A stretch of DNA of 64,000 bases from Eutreptiella sp. 'Long Island Sound 2002' (taxonomy: Eukaryota > Protista > Euglenida). The notes under the pieces were generated by a model. That model was given only the letters and a program-made list of their open reading frames with translations. It did not search any database and was not told where the DNA came from. Numbering within the stretch: the first letter of the stretch is position 1; each line of letters starts with the position of its first letter. The stretch spans positions 118,420,001 through 118,484,000 of the forward strand of contig OZ038378.1 of the NCBI GenBank assembly GCA_964036045.1, in the 5' to 3' direction. A program made the position numbers and the translations under genes. Shown piece after piece: positions 35,330 to 48,239 of the stretch.

Positions 35330-38300
35330 CCCCGTCACTGCTGCTGCTGCTGCTGCCGCTGCTTTTGGGAAACACAAGCCGCTGCTCTATGTTGCTAGCA
35401 ACAATGGGGACGCGAAACAACTTTGCCTGCCTCATTCAATATACGCGCTTGTGGTCGCTAACATCACTTGGATCTTGCAATGAGGCAGCAGTGGCCTCTG
35501 CATCGAAGGGATGAACCACAAAAACGGAACCTGGGTCAGAATCTACCTGTCTGTGAATGGGCTCCACATTATATATCCCCTTATCCTTTCCCCTGCCCTT
35601 GAGATCTTTTCGCCATGCGGCACAGAATTTGAATTTGGACCGGCTCTTCAAACACATGGTATGCCAGCTTTGAACAGCTTCCTCCTCAGGTGGGACCCAT
35701 TGACATATACCACGATTTGAGCCACAACTCCCACACACACAAGCATCATCAATTTCTGGTTCTGCACTTGGAAAATTGCATTTTACCGAATTGGTTGCTA
35801 GGCTCATATATAACACGCAGCCGCCTGCGTCTTGACAAGTCATCAACTGCCCTGATGGACGTTGAAAGACTGCCTGCCACATTGCATAGGCACAAACGAT
35901 GCAAGCCCCACCATCCTAACCATCCATGCATAAAGGTCGCGCGCTCTATCACAATGGTCACAACAATTTAGGACACTTCGCAACAATTACAAGATGAGCG
36001 GATCTCAGCATTTCTCTAATCATTCCAATGGGTACATTGATTTCCGAGGCAACTGCCCCAGAAATCGCGACCATTTCCGCAACCCTTAATCTCGTCCCAC
36101 AGGAATGGAGAATTGACGTTCTTTTATTTATCAACAAGCTCATAGAAAACACACCGCACATACCAGACTCTGTCCTTACCAGAACAACTGCCGCTTTCAA
36201 AAACACTGCTGGTACAAACACCAAGCACCAAACACTCACAACCCATATGCGCCGTCACCTCGCTTTTCTCTAAGAAACAATGTTCAGCGCAACGGCGAAT
36301 TCACGCTTCAAGGCAACAGCGACACCAAAACCACAGCGCACGATTTATCCCAGACAGGTACTCTCTTCCCTTCAGCGAGCACAGCACCTGGACCAAGTAT
36401 ATATCGTTCCCACTATTCAACACCACCACCCTCGGCAGCGCCCCAAGTGAAGAAAACAAGCCGCGCAAGCTCGCTAGAGAACAGCTCAAGATCACAATCC
36501 AATCTGATCACTGAAGCAAATCACGACGACCAGGTCATCTGCATGTCACCTACTCGAAAACCGGCTTCTGGAATATTCGCTTCGCAAGAAAACAGCACGT
36601 CAAGTGAAACAAGCTGTTCTTCTGGCAAATCTGGAAGCTGGACTTCAGTTAACAATCAACGCCATCGCCTTTTGCTTCCAGCCGGCCGTCCAAACGTCCA
36701 AGGAGAACCGAACTCTACTTGCAAAGACTGCTGCAAGGGTTTCGCACTGACAAAGGCAACAAAGAACTGGTATCTTACCCGTGACCTTCACGTACCACTT
36801 CGCTGCGAGGACTGCAGAGTCAAAGGCAAACAGGCAGCCGCTCAAAAGGAGAACGAATCAACACCGGCAAAAATCATTCTCTATCAGTCCATCCCGCCAA
36901 CAGGGAAAAAATGGGCCACAGGCCCTACTGCCCTCGCCCACCACGCAATCTCAAACATCACCAAGTCAGCCGTTGATCCTCACAACCGTGACCAAGAGAC
37001 ATCTACCTCGCATCGCACAGAAACACGCACCACGGATGCGCCAGATATGGAAGACGACCTCCAATCACAACGCTCAGGCTCTATTGGCAGCAATACACCT
37101 AAAACCGAAGTTGATGACCTAGAAAAAGAGGAAACCTCCTCATCCAGGTCTACCGCCAAAAACTCAAGGTCGGCGTCATTTGATGAGCACGAGTCACAGG
37201 TCCAAGATGAAACAACGAGCAATTCTTCGGCCCCTCCTTCATTGCAAGAGGACTCCAGCGACACCACCGGGTGCGACACGCCTTCGATTCACAATTGGCA
37301 CTTCAAAGACCCTCGCCTCCGTCGAAAACTTCAAACTACATTGAGCAGCCCCCATAAAGCTACTCTCTTAAGTGCTCTCGAATATACCAATGATCTGATG
37401 AAAGAAACCATCCCGTATTCAGCCAGACATGCAGACCTACTACTTCGAAGATTCAAGTTCACTTTGCCAAAGTAAGGACTCACCAACCTCACTGTTTTTG
37501 GTCCAGTGCTTCGCTTGCTGAAGGGTTAGAGCCCAGAGTTTTTGTACGCCATTTTTCCTTTTTTTTTTTCATTTTTAGACAGCCATGAGGATCCAATCCC
37601 AATCAATCAAGCAGTCTGCATCACTCGAACACACAGCAATCACCTCAATAAGCACTGAAACAACTCCAGTGACCATAAACCCACATTCTTTACACAACTT
37701 ACATGGACACAATCATTTTCACTCCTGAGCAGCAGGTTTGCTTCTGACTGAGATTTCAGGTCCCTGCAGCCAGCCACCATGTGGCCTCTTAGAATTTTTG
37801 CAAGCCTCTGGTGCCATTAAGGCAGTGCATTGCACGTTTGACTTTTCAGGGCAGGATTTCAGATACTCAGTCTCTGCATCCTGCACTTCAGTGTTCATTT
37901 ACTCTGTAAATTGGGGAAATGGCAGATTTGCATGGGAGACCCCTATGTCACTGCCACCCACCCACCACTGAACTCAGTTTGTTGCTACACTTTGGGCGGG
38001 AAACTGCCATGCCCAAAAAAAAAGGTGCAAGCCTCAAAAACAAGGCTCCGATGGACAGCGGCCCAAATTTTGGCAGTGGGGACCTTTTTCTTTTTACGCA
38101 AAGATGTTCCTGCAGCTCACGCCTCAAACGTTCACTAATATTGGCATCCTACCTAGTACTAGTCCAGAGGGCATATCCTTTGGCCACCCGGAGATCCCGC
38201 TGCCCTGCCTCATCAGAATATACCATGGGAGCCTTCTGGGTAAACCAAGTGTGGGACCACCCATGCATTTGTAGGGTTGCAATGCAACCTTTTTCCGCAG

Positions 38301-39700
38301 ATCCCCAAACGATATGCACAACATATGTGTACACCAAACCCATACCCTGCCATGACGCAGTTGCCAATGTAGTGCAACCGTAGCACAGGTGTACTATGTG
38401 GCAGAGGGTAATGTACAAAGAAGGAAAGGGCAACAGAAGGACCATGCCCTGTGCTAATCTGCCCATCACAGTGCTGGCCTCTGGTGCCAATTAAGCTGAT
38501 GCCTGCTTGGAAACTTCTCTGCAGAATGTGGTGGTGCTCCCTGCTATCAGGAGGGAAAGATCGGGGGGGTATCTCCTAGCAACGTGATCCATCAGCTTCA
38601 ACAACTCATGCTTGTACGGCCCGGGTACAGTCCACCCAATAACACCAAGGAGTCTGTAGGCTCCTCCTTTGATGTTGTGTAATACTAGTTGTATAATATT
38701 AACCTATGCCAGGTTAGAGACACCATGGAACCTGGGGGAACCTCGCATCTCATTTAGGCGCCCCTTTGTGCAGAAACAGTGCGGCAACCCCTCCTTTTAC
38801 GGACACACAAACCACAGATGGTGCTGATCTGCAATCAGGCAATCAAGCTGTAGGTGCAGTGTCGTAGTGTACTCTAAACCAGCATACTTCATACGTTGGT
38901 TGAAATTACCCAAAGGCAGGGCTTGTAGAGCCTCCTTCTGTATGGGTAACCGCTCCCCATCAAATACGTTTGGAAATGCCATGCATGGCACCATGTTCTT
39001 GCACTTGGGCACATGACCAGACCCTAGCAACCAGTCTCCAGCAAAATCAATCATACAAATATTAGTGTTTACATTTGGACGCCCCTTGAGCTGGTATCCA
39101 TTAGCATACAAGCCCAAGGTTAGGGTGGCCTGTCGGGCTTGAGGGTCCTTGCGCCCTTGTACTGCTAGGGTGCCGGACTCCTGCAGAAGTAGATGGCACA
39201 GCTTTGGCAACAGTCTGCTTGTGCTGACTGAGTAGTCCAATGCCGGACGATGTAGGAGCTCCTGCTGCCGCGGTGCCACCAAAGACAACCAAGCACCAGC
39301 TTGCAGGCGATCAAGGGTTTGCAGCATTACTGCTGGCACAATTTGCTCATGCAGCAGAAGCATGGCAGCTGGTGCACTGGGTATACTGGCGAACAGGGCT
39401 AGCTAACGGGGCTGGGTGGTAAAGGACCCGTTGAGCACACACAGCCCAGACTGTGCCAGTCAGGGGCCATGGCACGTTGTCCAGCTCCTTGCAGTCCAAA
39501 GGGGTGGCCAAAGGGAATTCAAAATCAAAGCTGACACCATCAACTGGCTGGCAGGGCCAAGGCAGATTCTGATAAACGCCTCCAGTTCAGACACGTCCCC
39601 ATTTGCCATTGACCCATACAGTAAAATTGTCCTAATGAACTCATGCCTGAGTTTTATGATTTCGCAGTATTAAGATAGGCAGCACGGATGGCAGACTTCT
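35330..39700 (-). pseudogene. Decayed large coding region, possibly a CMC (CACTA/Mirage/Chapaev)-like transposase with a C-terminal Cys/His finger; interrupted by the 36-37.7 kb ORF segment
   Basis: LTLGLYANGYQ, LDCLIADQH..LPHCFC, RFHGVSNL, CHIVHL and WGSAEKG occur in the order of the D / D-CxxC / H / H-H / E signature. CVCGSCG...CQW...WHTMCL near 35650-35760. Weak, by eye. Confidence 0.35.
36447..37475 (+). CDS. 342-aa Ser/Thr-rich protein with a CxxC-CxxC zinc ribbon (zf-trcl-like)
   Basis: Uninterrupted ORF containing CKDCCKGFALTKATKNWYLTRDLHVPLRCEDCR. An upstream ORF (36028-36273) may belong to the same gene. Confidence 0.6.
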   Translation: MKKTSRASSLENSSRSQSNLITEANHDDQVICMSPTRKPASGIFASQENSTSSETSCSSGKSGSWTSVNNQRHRLLLPAGRPNVQGEPNSTCKDCCKGFALTKATKNWYLTRDLHVPLRCEDCRVKGKQAAAQKENESTPAKIILYQSIPPTGKKWATGPTALAHHAISNITKSAVDPHNRDQETSTSHRTETRTTDAPDMEDDLQSQRSGSIGSNTPKTEVDDLEKEETSSSRSTAKNSRSASFDEHESQVQDETTSNSSAPPSLQEDSSDTTGCDTPSIHNWHFKDPRLRRKLQTTLSSPHKATLLSALEYTNDLMKETIPYSARHADLLLRRFKFTLPK

Positions 39701-40550
39701 TTGTAAGACCCCGACCAGTAGCTGTCGGCACAACCCTATTTTGGTACAGTTGGTCATAGTACCTCAGATATCTGGTCCCCCCAAATTGTGGTTGACTATC
39801 AAATCCATAAAGGTCCCACTATTTCACATTTTTGTCGACCAAGCATTCTGTGATTCCTGACCATTAGCTTGCAACAGAATGTTATTTTGGCGGATCGGCT
39901 CACAATGGCTCAGGGATCTAGGCCCCCCAAGTGTGCTCAACTATCCGCCCTTCAAAGAGGGCTCACTATTTCAGATTTTTCTCAAACAAACATTCTTATA
40001 TTGCCCTGACCATTAGCCTTCACAGAAATGTTTTCCTCCTGGATTTCGTCACGATGGCTCAGAGATCTAGGGCTTCCAAGTGTGCTCGACCATTTGCCCC
40101 CAAAGAAGGGCCCAGTGTTTCAGATGTTTCCTTACCAAGTGTTTTTGTAATGCCCCAACTAGTAGCTTTAACCTATATGGTTTCTTCCTGGTTTTGCACA
40201 CGCTGGCCCAGGGATCAGGGACCTCCAGGTGTGCTCAACTATCCGGCCCCCAAAAAAGGCTCACTATGTCAGATTGCTCTCAACGAAGCATTTCTGTAAT
40301 GCCTCGACCGTAGCTTTCAGCAGAATGTTCTTTTGGTTGATTTGCCCACAGTTGCCCAAAGATCTAGGCCCTCCCAAAGTGCCCCACTATCCGCCCCCAA
40401 ACAATTGCCCACTCTATCAGATTTTCCTCAATCAAAAATGGTGGTAATGCGGCTGCCGCCAGCTTCCACTAGAATGCTTTTCTGGTACATTTGGTCATAG
40501 TAGCTCAGAGATCTGGGCCCTGCAGGTGTGCTCGACTATCTGCCCCCTTT
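39700..40550. repeat. ~148-bp tandem array, 6 copies
   Basis: atct/atca anchors at 39770, 39916, 40065, 40214, 40362 and 40511. Confidence 0.88.
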
Positions 40551-41092
40551 CACACGTTTAACATGTGCAAGTGATTGCTTGTACATGGAATATCACCATT
40601 GTGCACCATGAACTCATAAAGTCCATTACCCTGACTCCCCGAGCTCCCGTGGCTCTGAAGTGAGGTTTGAGGTTTGAGGTTTGACGTTTCGGGTACTAGG
40701 CGCTTTTCGGCCCCGGGGGGCCACCTGGTCGGGCCAGGTGATATCCTCCCCACCGGGACCTAGTGTAGGCCCTTCATGGCACCTCTCCTGCCTGCTGGCG
40801 GAGTTCCCCGGGTTCACAGGGCTCGAAGCCCTGTCCCTCCCCGGCTTCCCGATTTCGCCACTCCCCGGTCAGTGCATTAGATAGCAACCGTGGCTGCAGG
40901 CGGTTACTCACTACGCCCCCCCCCCCTGATGTGTTGTCGCCCGTGCTGCCGGCGCCCCCGGGCCCGTGCTACTGGCTTGTCGCCAGTGGGACACCAATGG
41001 GCTGGCGCTGGGGCCTCCTAGTCGCGAGGCTGGTGCATAGCACTGTGTGCCACTACTGCCTTGGCGGCTGCAGTGCCCTGATCGTGTGACCC

Positions 41093-44000
41093 CCTCCGTC
41101 ACTGCTGCTGCTGCTGCTGCAGCTGCCTTTCGGAAACACAAGCCGCTGCTCTATGTTGCTAGCAACAATGGAGACCGAAACAACTTTGCCTGCCTCATTG
41201 GATATACGCGCTGGTGGTCGCTGACATCACTTGGACCTTGCAATGAGGCAGCAGAGTTTGAATTTGGACCAGCTCTTCAAACACATGGTATGCCAACCTT
41301 GGGCAGATTCCTCCTCAGGTGGGACCGATTGACATATACCACGCTTTGAGCCACAACTCCCACACCCACAAGCATCATCAATTTTCGGTTCTGCACTTCG
41401 AAAGTTGCATTTTACCGAATTGGTTGCTAGGTGCATATATAACACGCAGCCGGCTGCGTCTTGACAAGTCATCAACTGCCCTAATAGACGCCGAAAGACT
41501 GCCTGCCACATTGCATTGGCACAAATGATGCAAGCCTCAAAAACAAGGCTCCGATGGACAGGGGCCCAATCTTTGGCAGTGGGGACCTTTTTCTTCTTAC
41601 GCAAGGATGTTCCTGCAGCTCATGGCTCAAACTTTCACTAATATTGGCATCCCCCCTACTACTAGTCACGAGGGCATATCCTTTGGCCACCCGGAGATCC
41701 CGCTGCCCTGCCTCATCAAAATATAGCATGGGGGTCCTCTGGGTAAACCAAGTGTGGGACCACCCATGCATTTGTAGGGTTACAATGCAACCTTATTCCG
41801 CATTACCCGGAAGGATATGCACATCACATGCGTACACCAAACCCATACCCTGCCATGATGCAGTTGTCAATGTAGTGCAACCGTAGCACAGGTGTACTAT
41901 GTGGCAGAAGGTAAGAACCAGAGAAGGGAAGGGCAACGGGAGGACCATGCCCTGTGCTACTCTGCCAATCACAGTGCCGGCCTCTGGTGCCAATTAAGCT
42001 GATGCCTGCTTGGAACCTTCTCCGCAGGAGGTGCTGGTGCTCGCTGCTATCAGGAGGGAAAGATCGGGGGTGGTATCTCCTAACAACGTGATCTATCAGC
42101 TTCAACAACTCATGCTCGTACGGCCCGGGTACGGTCCAACCAATAAAACCAAGGAGTCTGGAGGCTCCTCCTTTGGTGTTGTGTAATACTGGTTGTATAA
42201 TATAAATCTATGCCAGGTTAGAGACACCATGGAACCTGGGGGAACCTCGCATCTCATTTAGGCGCCCCCCTGTGCAGAAACAGTGCGGCAACCCCTCCTT
42301 TTACCGAAACACAAACAACAGATGGTGGTTATCTGCAGTCAGGCAATCAAGCTGTAGGTGCAGTGTCATAGTGTACTCTAAACCAGCATACTTCATACGT
42401 TGGTTGAAATTACATGAAGGCAGGGCTTGTAGAGCCTCTTTCTGTATTGGTAACCGCTCCCCATCGGAAACGTTTGGAAATGCCATGCATGGTACCATGT
42501 CCTTGCACTTGGGCACATGATCAGACCCTGCGAACCAGTCTCCAGCAAAATCAATTATACAAATATTAGTGTTTACATTTGGACGCCCCTTGAGCTGGTA
42601 TCCATTAGCATACAAACCCAAGGTTAGGGTGGCTTGTCGGGCTTGAGGGTCCCTGCGCCCTTGTACTACTACGGTGCCGGACTCCTTCAGAAGTAGATGG
42701 CACAGTTTTGGCAACAGTCTGCTTGTGCTGAGGGAGTAGTCCAATGCCGGACGATGTAGGAGCTCCTGCTGCCGCGGTGCCACCAAAGACAACCAAGCAC
42801 CTGCTTGGAGGCGATCAAGGGTTTGCAGCATTACTGCTGGCACAACATGCACATGCCGCAGAAGCATGGCAGCTGGTGCACTGGGTATACTGGCGAACAG
42901 GGCTAACGGGGCTGGGCCGTAAAGGACCCGTTGAGCACCACACAGCCCAGACTGTGCCAGTGGGGGCCATGGCACGTTGTCTAGCTCCTTGCAGTCCGAA
43001 GGGGTGGCCCAAGGGGATTCAAAATGAAAGCTGACACCATCAACTGGCTGGCAGGGACAGGGCAGATTCTGGCAAACGCCTCCATTTTAGACACGTCCCC
43101 ATTTGCCATTGACCCATACAGTAAAATTGTCCGTAATGTACTCATGCCGGAGGATTATGATTTTGCAGTATTAACATAGGCAGCACGGATGGCAGACTTT
43201 TTTGTAAGACCCCGACCAGTAGCTGTCGGCACAACCCTATTTTGGTACAGTTGGTCATAGTACCTCGGAGATCTGGTCCCCCCAATTGTGGTTGACTATC
43301 AAATCAAAAAAAAAGTTCTCACTATTTCACATTTTCGTCGACCAAGCATTCTGTGATTCCTGACCATTCGCTTTCAACAGAATGTTATTTTGGTGGATCA
43401 GCTCACAATGGCTCAGGGATATCGGCCCTCCAAGTGTGCTCAACCATCCGCCCTTCAAAGAGGGCTCACTATTTCAGATTCTTCTCAAATAAGTATGTTT
43501 GTATTGCCCTGACCATTAGCCTTCACAGAAATGTTATCCTCTTGGATTTCGTCACAGTGGCTCAGAGATCTAGGGCTTCCAAGTGTGCTTGACTATTCGC
43601 CTTCAAAAAAGGGCCCAGTGTTTCAGATGTTTCTTAACCAAGCGTTTTTGTAATGCCTCAACTGGTAGCTTTGACATATATGGTTTCTTGGCGGTTTTGC
43701 GCACAGTGGCTCAGGGATCACCATTGTGCACCATGAACTCATAAAGTTCATTACCCTTACTGCCCGAACTATCGTAGCTCTGAACTGAGTTTTGAGGTTT
43801 GAGGTTTGACTTTTCGGGTACTAGGCGCTTTTCGGCCCCAGGAGGGCACCTGGTCGGACCAGGTGATATCCTCCCCACCGGGACCCATCGTAGGCCCTTC
43901 ATGGCACATCTCCTGCCTGCTGGCGGAGTCCTCCGGGTTCACAGGGCTCGAAGCCCCGTCCCCCCCCGGCTTCCCCATTTCGCCACTCCCCGGTAAGTGC

Positions 44001-44215
44001 ATTACTTAGCAACCGTGGCTGCAGGCGTTTACCCACTAAGCCCCCCCCCCTGATGCGTTGTCGCCCGGGCTGCCGGCGCCCCCGGGCCCGTGCTACTGGC
44101 TTGTCGCCAGTGGGACACCAATGGGCTGGCGCGGGGGCTGCCTAGCCGCGAGGATGGTGCGTAGCACTGTGTGCTACTACTACCTTGGCGGCTGCAGTGC
44201 CCTGATGGTGTGAGC
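41093..44215. repeat. Deleted second copy of the 35332-41090 block
   Basis: 41093-41536 matches 35332-35907; 41529-43720 matches 38026-40217; 43717-44215 matches 40592-41090. Confidence 0.92.
43230..43720. repeat. ~148-bp array, second block (4 copies)
   Basis: Same unit as 39700-40550, inside the duplicated block. Confidence 0.85.
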
Positions 44216-47200
44216 GTGGCAATCACGGCAGGTCTGGCGGGTCGGGGCCGGTGCCGGTTCTTGCCTCTCCCATAGGGTTCCTCGCTGCCCTATCGTCCCT
44301 CACAGTGCGTGTTGCGCCCCGCCCGATCGCTACCTCCCCTCCTGGAACACGCGCCGCTGCAGCTGCGGCAGCGTGATGCCCGGCGGCGTGCGCTTGGGCG
44401 TCTGGGGACGGACGGGCCGCAGCCTCCCCTCGGGGAAGGCAGCCTTTGGCGGGTACGGCTTGGGGGCTGGTCTGGGTGTGGCTGGGCTTGGTGTGGGCGC
44501 GGTACTTGGCACACTTTGTGCCTTCCGCTGCAGACCTGGCGGTCCCCGGCGAGGCCGCCGGGGCACACACGGGGCCTGTCCCCGGGCCGGCAGCGTACCA
44601 GGCGCCGTGGCGTGGCTGGCCAGGGCGGCAGCCGCGGCCCCTTGGTTCATCCGGGGCGGGGCGGGGCGGGGCGGGGCGGCAGGTGCAGCGGCCCGGGCGG
44701 CAGGGGCGGCCTTCCTGGCTGGCACTGGTTCCGGGGCCGGTGGTTCGGGGTCGTCGGGGGCCGCCTGGGGCTGCTTGGCCAGCAGCTCAACCGGTACCGC
44801 GGCCTCCGGCAACTGCCGCGCGTCGCACTTCACAGGGGTTTCCCCCACGCATCCTGGGGCGACAGGGGATCGGGAGCGGGAACGGCGGTGGTGGCGGTTG
44901 TACCGCTGGGGGGAGCCATCAGAGTCTGACATCGCTGTTATCCTGGTTGGCATGCGAAGCTGCAGGTGGGCCCATCCAACTACCTCCCAGTGCATTGGTG
45001 GCGTGCCGTGGGCAGTGTCATGCGGGGCCAGAGGGGGGCGGGGCTGGTTGCGGTGGTGGTTCAGGGCGGTCAGGTGCCGGTAGCCATCCACTGGCACTGG
45101 TACGGGAGGCGGGCAAGCCACTCCGCCCACGCGCCGCGCGCCACAGCCCCCTGTCTGGGGCGGGGCTCAGGTCCCTGGGACTTCGGGGGTTGTCGGGGGG
45201 TGCTGGCTGGAGCCGCACAAGGTGGATCCCCGTCACGGCGGTGATGTCCTGGGTCCGCAAGAAGGCGGGAGGGGGGGGGCGAGCATGGACGTCGCCCCGT
45301 TGAGGTTGGTGGGGGTGACCCCAGGAACCGCTCTGGGTCTACGCGGGTCGTGATGACGAGGAGGAGCAGGGGGGTGCCCGGGCGCTCTTGCCAGAGGACC
45401 TGCCCTCTGTGCTGGGCGCCCCTGGTCCTGGAGACGGGGGGGGACCGGTGTGGATGGGCCCAGCTGCAGGCCGCGTCGGTGTCCGGCGGGAGGGCGGGGC
45501 ACCAGGTGGGCTCTCTGGCAAAAGCCTCGCACGTGACGGCGTACAGGGGGGTTGGCTTGGTGTTGTCGTATACCAGATTGGTCGCGCGGGGGCGGATGCG
45601 CGTCTCGCCCGCGCCTGCCACGAATATCGTGGCTTCGCCCACTTCTAAGTCCACGTCTGGCAGATGTAGGGGGTGGTGCGCTGCGTCCAGTGCCAACAAC
45701 CCTCCCGGATACGCAGCCCGCGCCTGGTTCACATATGGGGCCTCGTCCGTGCAGTGGCGCTGCTGTGGAGGGAGGTGGCCGACCCTTCGCCCGTCAGCCG
45801 CAGGGCGTCTTCCATGGATAGGGGCCGGCCTGACTGCTTGGACGGGTGCCACTCCATGGAGTACCCGTAGAGGGTTGCATCAAAGCCTATGAGCCCCGGT
45901 TTGACGGCGTTCACAACCCGGTGCATTAGCGGGAGCAGCATGGGGGTTCCTGCTCCGTTCAGGGCGCGGACCGCTGGGAGGGCGGCCACGACGAGAAAGT
46001 TCCTCGCGCTGCCCGCCGGGGCTTGCAGGGCGGCAGCATGCGCCGCATGCACCTCCGCCAACGCGCCTGCTACCAGGCCCCGGACAGTTGCCTGCTGCAC
46101 CTGGCGGCGGGCTCTGGCATGCTCCGGCCCGTTCCCCCTTTGGCGGGGCATTGTGCTGCGGGCTCTGCAATGCGCGGCGTCAGGTGGGGGTCAGGGGGGT
46201 CCCTCACAGGCACGTGGATCCACGGGTGGGCGGCACCCGCGGGGCCCGCTTGGCCGTGCAAAGGGGTCTGCGCGCCCTCCATGCGTCACTGCAGCGCCTC
46301 CCCCTCCATGCGCCGGCGTAGGCCCGCGGATGGCTCGGGCCAGGGGCACACAGCCACCTGGGAGCACTGCGCGCACCTGTTGGCGCCTGTCAGCGTGGCA
46401 GAGGACACCGTGTTGCACTCTCGAAGTGGTGGTAGGTGTGTGGGAGGTGGGAGGCTGGAAACCAGGGGTCGAGGCGGCGAAGCCCGAAGTCGTCCCACTG
46501 TTGGCGAAGAGGGCCCCGGAGCTCAAGCAGGCGGGTGCGGATGGGGAGCCGGTAGTCCCTACGCAGCATTTTGTGCCAGATCGCTGGCCACGTGTCGTTA
46601 GGGAGGATCCTGTGGTCGTGGAAGACCGCCATGAGGTCATTCCAAGCCGGGAGGAGCTCTTCCTGTAGGGTCGTCATGTAGGTATGACGTCCGGTGAGGT
46701 GGGGCATAAGAGCTACCCACCGGCAGCCGTCTGCGGTGCCCTGGTGGAGGTGGACCAGCACGGTGCCGTCCCCGACTGTCTCCCATCCCACCCTCGGCGG
46801 GCCGCAGTGGTCCAGCTCCCGGCGCAGCGCGGCGGCGAGGTTGGTGGGGAGCATGAGGAGCAGGGGTCCTGCGATGTTGCCCAGCCGGGACAGGGCGTCA
46901 TCGTACATAGGCCCCCCTTTTGTGAAATGCGCCACCTTGAGCCGGGTGCCCCCGTCCTCTGGAGGGAGCCACCGGACATTGGCTGCGTTGCGCCCCCATG
47001 TGTGTATCTCCATGGCTCGCAGCATGTTCGCGGCGTGGAGCAAGAAGTGGGGGGGGAGGGGTGGTAGCAGGAGCGAGGACACATCGCCTCTCCACCCAGT
47101 ATGGGGCTTCGGAGCCGCCTGCAGCCATTCCGTGGTCGCCGCGTCCCACAGGCGCTCAGCGTCCGGCCCACGAGTCACAGTAGGCCGCGGCCGGGTGTGC

Positions 47201-47859
47201 GGCCCCAAGCACTCGAGTGGGATGGCGGCGTACTGTGGTGTGGGGGTCTCCAATGCGCGCATTGTTGCGCTCCACCAGCTCCATTCGCGCGCCTGCTCCG
47301 CGCTGACAATGTGCACCTCCCACGTGGTCCTGGAATTGCGTCCGATGATCCGAGGTGGGAAGAGCAGGCCCCGGAGGTGCTCCAAGAAACCCCCAGGCAG
47401 GTCCCGGTAAGGGTGGGGGTCCTCCTGCGGGGGACACTTCGGCGTGCCGTTCACGAGGCAGAGCGGGGCCGGATTGTCCCTGCCGGGTTGCGGGGGAGCG
47501 GGAGGGCAGTCGCTTTCCGCCGCAGTGAGCCACGGGTGCACCCGGGCAGCCGCGCGGTGGGGCGCGCGGAGGAGTTGCTCCAGCTGCCGGTTGCGGAGCT
47601 CCCACACGCAATCCCCAAGCTGGAGCATGTGCTGGAAGAACTCCCCCACGGAGGTCCCCCCCGGCGGGTCGTAGTGGGCAATTGCGCGGAGCTGCGTCTC
47701 CGCCGCCTCGAACACCACCCGAGATTCGAAGACCTCCGTCCACTCGGCGCCGGCGGAACGCCACGAAGCCACCCATAGCGCCTTGTCCCCGGGCAGGAGG
47801 TGTCAGGCCACCTCCTGTTCCGCCTGGCGGTAGTGGGGCCAGAAGAGTCGCGAGTGGGC

Positions 47860-47913
47860 GCAGCCCACGTGCATATTCACCGGGGTCTCTTCCCGGCCCC
47901 CACAGAGGGGGCA
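47860..47913 (-). pseudogene. CCHC zinc motif (His decayed to Asn)
   Basis: CPLCGGREETPVNMHVGC. Confidence 0.75.
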
Positions 47914-48239
47914 CGTCTGCGGTAAGATGGCGACGCCGGAAAGTCGCTCCTTTCGGATGCGGAGCCTGCGTTGCACCGGTGTGTGGCCGTCCCTGGCTGG
48001 CAGCGCTCGGTGGTTGGTGGCTGCCGCGGTGAGGTCGCGGGTGTGGACGTAGGCAGTGGCCTGAGCCACGCCCAGGGGCATGTAGCCCCGGTGCGTTGAC
48101 GCGTGGTCGAGCTCTGCCCGCTGTGCGACCGCGCCGAGCGTCTGCATGGTGCGGGGCCACAGGTCGAGGTGGCCGTCATGGCGGGCAATGATGAGCTGGG
48201 TGTGGCTGGGGCCCGGTGGCGTGTTCTGCAGGACGTGTC

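Noticed and set aside
35908-38025. hAT-type insertion with 8-bp TSD TGCAAGCC
   Set aside because: No TIRs, and both ends of the interval look like continuations of the flanking decayed gene. A microhomology deletion in the other copy fits better.
45070-46151. Ubiquitin-specific protease (SMEDAL…LLLLVITTR)
   Set aside because: No Cys box or His box could be located.
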